Below are positions 47,044 to 49,068 of a stretch of 49,068 nucleotides of DNA, one piece after another. The position numbers and the translations under genes are program-made. Source of the DNA: Nemertoderma westbladi. Lineage: Eukaryota; Animalia; Xenacoelomorpha. The stretch covers positions 1-49,068 of the forward strand of contig JAUCBJ010001614.1 in the NCBI GenBank assembly GCA_032718475.1, written 5' to 3'. Below the pieces are notes generated by a model. The model saw only the letters and a list, made by a program, of their open reading frames with translations. It was not told the DNA's origin and made no database searches. Numbering within the stretch: the stretch's first letter is position 1; the number at the start of each line of letters is the position of its first letter.

Positions 47044-49068
47044 TGTAATTAATTACTTAATGATTTTTGTCAATTTCGATTTAAATGAATCTGTGCTCTT
47101 GCTTTGATACTATCATATTACATACTAGATATCATTCCAGGACATTGTGTATCTGTATAGGATGATGAACTTTCGATATGCGTTCGATGCCAGTGAAATA
47201 GTATTTTAAAAGTTTATTAAATCAGATGGAATACCAAGCCCTTTGACAAAACGTGTGCTCTAATAAAGGAAACTGGTGTGAATGCCCATGGGAACGCAGT
47301 TACATTAAATGAAATGGAGTTCGTTTTAATATCCGCAACGATTGCACATTGAATTCCTAGCTAATGTAACTTTCACTTTATGAAAAGTAATATCATCAAA
47401 CACTACGAAAGAGGTTTACCTAAGATATGTATTATACTACCGAAACATTAGCGCTATTAAGCCGTGTATGACTTACTTGAGCTCTTTTATATCCGGAAAT
47501 ATGTACATGTGTCGGAATGAATCAATGGCTAACAGCGGTAGATCCTTCACGCTTTTACCAAGGTGGTGGAGAGGGTGTGCGAATTGGAGGCCATCGGCAG
47601 TGAGGAAGTTTACGTTATCTGAAAAGTTATAAAATATATCACTGGTAATGGAATATGGAAAATATTATTCGGTTAGGATTTAAGGTTAAGGGTTTGTATA
47701 TTAAAACCTTTGATTTTCAACAAAATATGTATGTAAGTTAAGTTACACGCTTATGAAAGGATAGCGGATTGCCTAAGTAGTTAATGTTATCGTGCAATTT
47801 GTAGCTCATGTCTCAAAAGTAATAAAGCTATTTACTTCAAAACATCTAGTGTTGGTTAATAGTTAGTGACGTTATACAGGTAGTTCTCATATCTCGTACA
47901 GGTGCCTACCGGTACCGTTATGAGGACTATTAATTATTATATAGTTCGAGGTGATAAAGTAGGCAGACATACAGCAATCAGAACATCCCTTACTACATTA
48001 TTGTATGAAAAGAACACACTATTCAGCGTTTATGACCTTTGTATGTTTATGTAAACCTCCCTCGCTGTGATCTCTCGGTAAATAAATACACCCGAGCCAT
48101 AACGCTGAAAAGAGCGACTTTTCACGCAACGATCTCGATAGTGATTACTCACTAAAATTGCTTTGCCACTGAAATTCTGATCGAAAGCCCCAAAACGTGT
48201 ATTGTATCGGAAAATCGGAAAACACATTTAGATGGGTAGGGTAGAACCGCGTTACATACTGTATTACGCATTGCTAGGCAACCACTAGAAATAGGAACGC
48301 TATTGGAAAATAGCGTTCTCAATTAATTGTTCTAGTTATAAAAACATGTTGTTCAGTTTAAAGGACACGAAAGATTAAGACAACACTAGTGTATAGTGAG
48401 TGAGCCACGCAATGTTGAGTATATTATAGTAGTAGTAGTATAACGTGAAAAGTAAAGTAAGATAAGGTTGATATTATTATTGTGAGAGAATAACATGGCA
48501 GTTTAGCTGAACAACAAAATATTGCTGATCGCAAAAATATTCATCACGAAAGGCTATTGAAAATCCCGCACCTGGAAAACACAGTATATATATTAACTAG
48601 CCACATCATGTACTCAAACCGAATATATACCCTTTTAGCTATTCCGAGAAAACGCTATAATTTCAAAACCGCCTATATCCAGATGGAAATAGTTGATTTA
48701 AACAAATATTTTAAACCAATCTGTATCCATCAACCAGTCTGCACTCTGCAGGATCTGAAGTCAGGCAGACAGCGAGGTACGTATTGATACAGATAAAGGT
48801 GTATTAATAATCATTCAATGATGAAACTGAAAGTTTTTCCCATTATTCGTAGACCGGTATCAAGAAAGAAGCCTACAGGCTATCATGTTGTCTAATTCTT
48901 CACAGGAATTACTAGTTGGATATAGAGACAGTTTTCCAATTTAGTGTTGCGTTTATAAACGCGCAGGTGTAATATTAATTTTTTTTTTAATTATGTCCCT
49001 TTAGGGGCTCTGTCCGTACCTTTCTGCCCTCTGAATGATGTCCGGACAATTGAGACCCGGACAATTGC

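Overview
AT-rich, repeat-rich eukaryotic (invertebrate-like) genomic DNA. Positions 1-14081 are one nearly complete Bel/Pao (Belpaoviridae) LTR retrotransposon on the + strand. It has 547-bp TG...CA LTRs (the 5' copy lacks 28 bp at the window edge; I see only 2 mismatches between them), a very long broken gag, and pol in PR-RT-RNase H-IN order. After pol come a hairpin tandem array and an extra ORF in the env position encoding a DEDDy/WRN-Mut7-like 3'-5' exonuclease fused to three CCHC zinc knuckles. The element has no TGG-type tRNA primer-binding site. Instead, the bases right after the 5' LTR are complementary to its own LTR (285-340), which suggests self-priming, possibly with help from the exonuclease. 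The rest is host DNA: the first coding exon of a class A neuropeptide GPCR (- strand, 19280-19654), the last two coding exons of ERp44 (- strand, ending RDEL), three RTE-like LINE fragments, several MITE/foldback elements (one with Polinton-like ends), a tRNA-derived sequence, and many mini- and microsatellites. All calls come from reading the sequence by eye; no database search was run.
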